This document shows, piece after piece, positions 60,541 to 64,000 of a stretch of 64,000 nucleotides of DNA (position 1 is its first letter; each line of letters begins with the position of its first letter). The stretch covers positions 20,212,001-20,276,000 of the forward strand of contig OZ004614.1 of assembly GCA_963924565.1 (NCBI GenBank), in the 5' to 3' direction. The translations under genes were made by a program, and so were the position numbers. This DNA is from Ascidiella aspersa (Eukaryota). The notes under the pieces were generated by a model. It did no database searches. It saw only the letters and a list, made by a program, of their open reading frames with translations, and had not been told where the DNA came from.

Positions 60541-62656
60541 AAATTTAATTGAGCATCTACTGGACTCCGCTGAGTAATAAAGACATGTTGGCAACACTGG
60601 TAGATAGTCAAAGCACCCGTATTGACCTTATTCCTTTAGTAAGTATATATACGATTTAGCTGCTTTGTAAATTTAGTTATAGTTGGTGCAGTGCATATAC
60701 TGCGAAGCTAACCACCTGTATCGCTTGTTTGGTTACCAACATAAAAGCCCAACCCCTTTGCAATACCTTTGCGTTGGCGTGCTGTTTGTTTTACGTGATT
60801 TAAGGTGCCAAACGCGTTTCGAGTAACTGAAGCTCAAAATGTTGTTGGTTTTGGGAACATTGTCAACCTTTTTGTCGACAACACGCGATTTCAGCGGACT
60901 TCACTGAAAATTGGAAACTGGAATGCTTATACGGCAAAAGTAAAGGGTTTTCTTTGGCTTTTTTGACCTTTCGCCGGGCTCACGCGATGTACTTTCCTAG
61001 ATGCGATAACAGGCTTTAACAGGTGCACGATGATTTTATCCCGCGGTTAAGTTTATTTAAGGACTATCAGTATAATCGAAATGGTAGGAATTTAAATTTC
61101 CAAGATATGCCAAAAACGCCTTTGTTCAGGTTCTCGCGGCATTGTGCTACACCTCGCATTTGCAGCACATTACAAAACAGATTAAATCAAGGCGAGACTT
61201 GCAAAGAGCAACTTGGCATTTTTAATAAAGCAGGGTCGAGTTATGCCTTTTAGAGGCCCTAAGGACTTCTTTGGTGCCTTGTATGTGTCAAAATATATAC
61301 ACAATAAACCACACAAGATTTTTCCCTTCAAATTGATCAAAACTAACAGTAAGAAATAAAAACGGGAGCACTATTGAGATCTAAGTCGTCTGACCAAGTC
61401 GAATCATTTAATTAAACACTGAAGCACAATTAAAATTTCGGCCACGAAAATTTCTGTCGTGCTCCCTTCCCTTTGTTCCCTAAGCACCTGTGTATTTTGC
61501 TTAATAGTTTTTCCATCAGTGCAATAACGGCTATATTTAAGCCAGTAGAATCACAAGCGAACCCAGACAAACCACCGAACGCACTACACACTTAATCATC
61601 GCTTGCAATGTGGACTTAGTGAATCAGCGCGACTCGCGTCCATTTTCACTTAAGTTCAGTTATAAATTTAGCGGTTTTTCTGCTGGGTGCGCAACTTTCT
61701 ATAGCGAAGATAGAACCCGGCTTTGCGTAGGCGGGAAAGCATTGTGACCTGAACAAAAGTTGAAAAAAATTTTCCATGAGTTTTAGAAAAACTAATTTTG
61801 GTAAGTTCAACAGCAAAGGTTCCTTAACTTTGAAAATTTAAAAAAATAAATTGTCCCCCATTTTTTTCAACCTTAAAAACTGAAATAAAACGTTATTTTA
61901 ATAAAAAAAATGGTTTATACAGTAATCGTTAGAATGATAAAATGATATAAATACAACACACCATAAACATATTATTTTTTTAAATTTGTTATGGCCCTCT
62001 TGGCTCATGGCTATACCTATAGTAGGGAAACCCAGTTTTACAGCCACGTTTATTTGCTGACAAAGTCCGTTCGTCCACAGTCAAATTCACAGAGTTGTAC
62101 TGGTTTGTAATGTGCCCGGAGTGGCGTGTGCAAAACCATGAAACGGATACATTTTCACATCGCACTTGATTGTGGCGAGCTAAAATATGCTACCTATATA
62201 CCTACATGAGATTCAAGCCAATCAATCACTTCTATTGTGGTCATATTGGATTGACGTTGATGCATTTTCTTTTCTGACGTTCGTTTTTAGAGCTGATTAA
62301 CAAGGAATTACAAGTTTTTTTTTAATTCGTGAATCAGCATTCGCGTGAAGGTTACTTGTCGTGACCACCAGCCTGTTTGTCATCTGATTCATCGCGGCTT
62401 TTGACTTGTGTATATTGCAACTAAGTCGACCAGAACAACTCGTTTATAATCGTTATGTGCTTACTTCGGCGGTGGGTTTCGTGCTATTAACTACAACAGT
62501 GCTCACGAAATGACTCATTGCGTTTTTTAAGCTCTATACGACATGTACGAACAGCCGCTTTAACCCAAAATTCAATCATCCTTGCGGCCGCAGAATGTTG
62601 AGGATTGTATGAAGTTGTTTTGAAGCGAAATAGTGCTGTTTTACAATGGAGAAATC

Positions 62657-63056
62657 CAGTGTTGTAAACAAGTCATTTTGTAATGACTTCAGTACTAGTC
62701 AAGTCATTCGTAAAATAACTTAAGTCTAAGTGTTTTTAAATAAGCAACAAGTCAAGCCCCAACCAAGTCATCAGTTGCCCGAGTCAAAAAAAGTCAATTG
62801 TTGAGAAATTCAACTTCAAGTCAAGTCCTTGTCATAAAAATAAAACGCCAAACTACTAAAACTGGTAGCACGTAAATATAACACCGACGTTTGGTATGGC
62901 AAGTCAATTTTTTATGTTAAAAAAATAAGATAAATAACCCTATTGTATAAAAAAAGGTTCATAAAAACCCCTGATTTCGGTCAAAGTCATTTAAAGATCA
63001 GTGACGTAAGTGCACTTAAGTCAAGTTGGTCATTGACTTAAGTCATTACAACACTG
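62657..63056 (-). mobile_element. GACTT-family hAT MITE, inverted relative to 30190-30714
   Basis: CAGTGTTGTAAACAAGTCA...AAGTCATTACAACACTG. Confidence 0.8.
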
Positions 63057-64000
63057 TGAACCCCACTCGAGCTAAAAATCCGCGTGGGGAGAATTGCGAA
63101 TCTTTCGCTCACGCCCGGGTAGGAAAGCGGTGGTAAGGAAGAAAAATGCCCGGGTAAGAAAGAAAGTAACTCTAAAAAAACACAGAAACAAAAAAAGCGC
63201 GTTGACGTTTCGCGACCCTTTAGCACAAAGAGATCGGCGAGGGCCTGTCAATCAAACGCTGGGCGTGGCAATCTGCTGTTCCGCCTCGTCGCAAGTGAAC
63301 TGGCAAATAAGACGGTCGTGATTCGCCGTACTTTTTCCGCGCCCTCACTGACCCGGATTATAGATTGGACGGTGGCGGAAATTCCAATTTTCTCTTTGCG
63401 CGTTTAATTCCAAATATTGGCCTTACTGTCGTAACACGTGACGTTTGGTTTAACTTTAGTTTAACTTCACGCAGATAGGTCACATATTAAACACGCCACT
63501 CCATTAACGCCGCTTTCACACAGGCTGTATAAGGTGTTACTCTGATTGCGGGAAGCATTAAGTTGACAGATTTCAGAAACACACGATAGCATGATTTGAA
63601 ATTTCTATTTAGTTGCAAACGTTTAGACATAAGTTAAACGTTATGCCATTTGGAAAACATACTTTTGCATTATTTATGCCTCTGACGAATATCTTACGCT
63701 ATCCATAACATTATATTTTGGATATATGCTGATACCAACATTTTTGTCTGTGTTGTTCGTTTTAGGATTTTAATTTTGTATTAAAAAACGCCAAGTTGAG
63801 GTCACTGAAAGCAACCGTAATTTTTTTGCAAAGCATTTGCAAATTTGTGGCCGTTTGCGTTTCAACTTATTGCCTTGGAAAATGAAGGTTTGTTACTGAA
63901 CAGTTTAATGAGTCAGCCAAAGTTTTCATAGCTGCTGCTTTAAATAGTATGGATCCTGTGTGAAATATGATGCGAACCAAGTACCAAAGCCCGCAAAGGA

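Overview
Eukaryotic, AT-rich animal genomic DNA. The compact intron-containing genes, hAT MITE families and CpG-rich intergenic blocks suggest an ascidian/tunicate (inference). There are three protein-coding genes, all on the + strand. These are the last three exons of a Kelch-repeat (KLHL-type) gene (374-2781), an intronless PEX19 CDS (16415-17263), and, 453 bp downstream, an 8-exon G2E3/PHF7/pineapple-eye-family zinc-finger gene lacking a HECT domain (17717-27578, 386 aa). Between Kelch and PEX19 lie a 147-N gap, a perfect (CCATAGGAAA)21 array and a young ~4.95-kb Gypsy-type LTR element carrying only gag. The last intron of the PHF7/G2E3-like gene holds a 577-bp insertion with a 13-bp target duplication, made of a perfect 216-bp inverted repeat. 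Each arm carries a minimal type-I hammerhead-ribozyme fold with one core variant, a Penelope-like signature, and a decayed second example lies at ~48.3-48.9 kb. Many hAT and Harbinger MITEs with clear TIRs/TSDs are present, some nested. From ~28 kb to the end there is no recognisable conserved gene; the region looks like a regulatory desert of CpG-rich blocks with CRE, NF-kB, Otx and Fox motifs, plus one possible orphan ORF. No rRNA, intact tRNA or CRISPR array was found.
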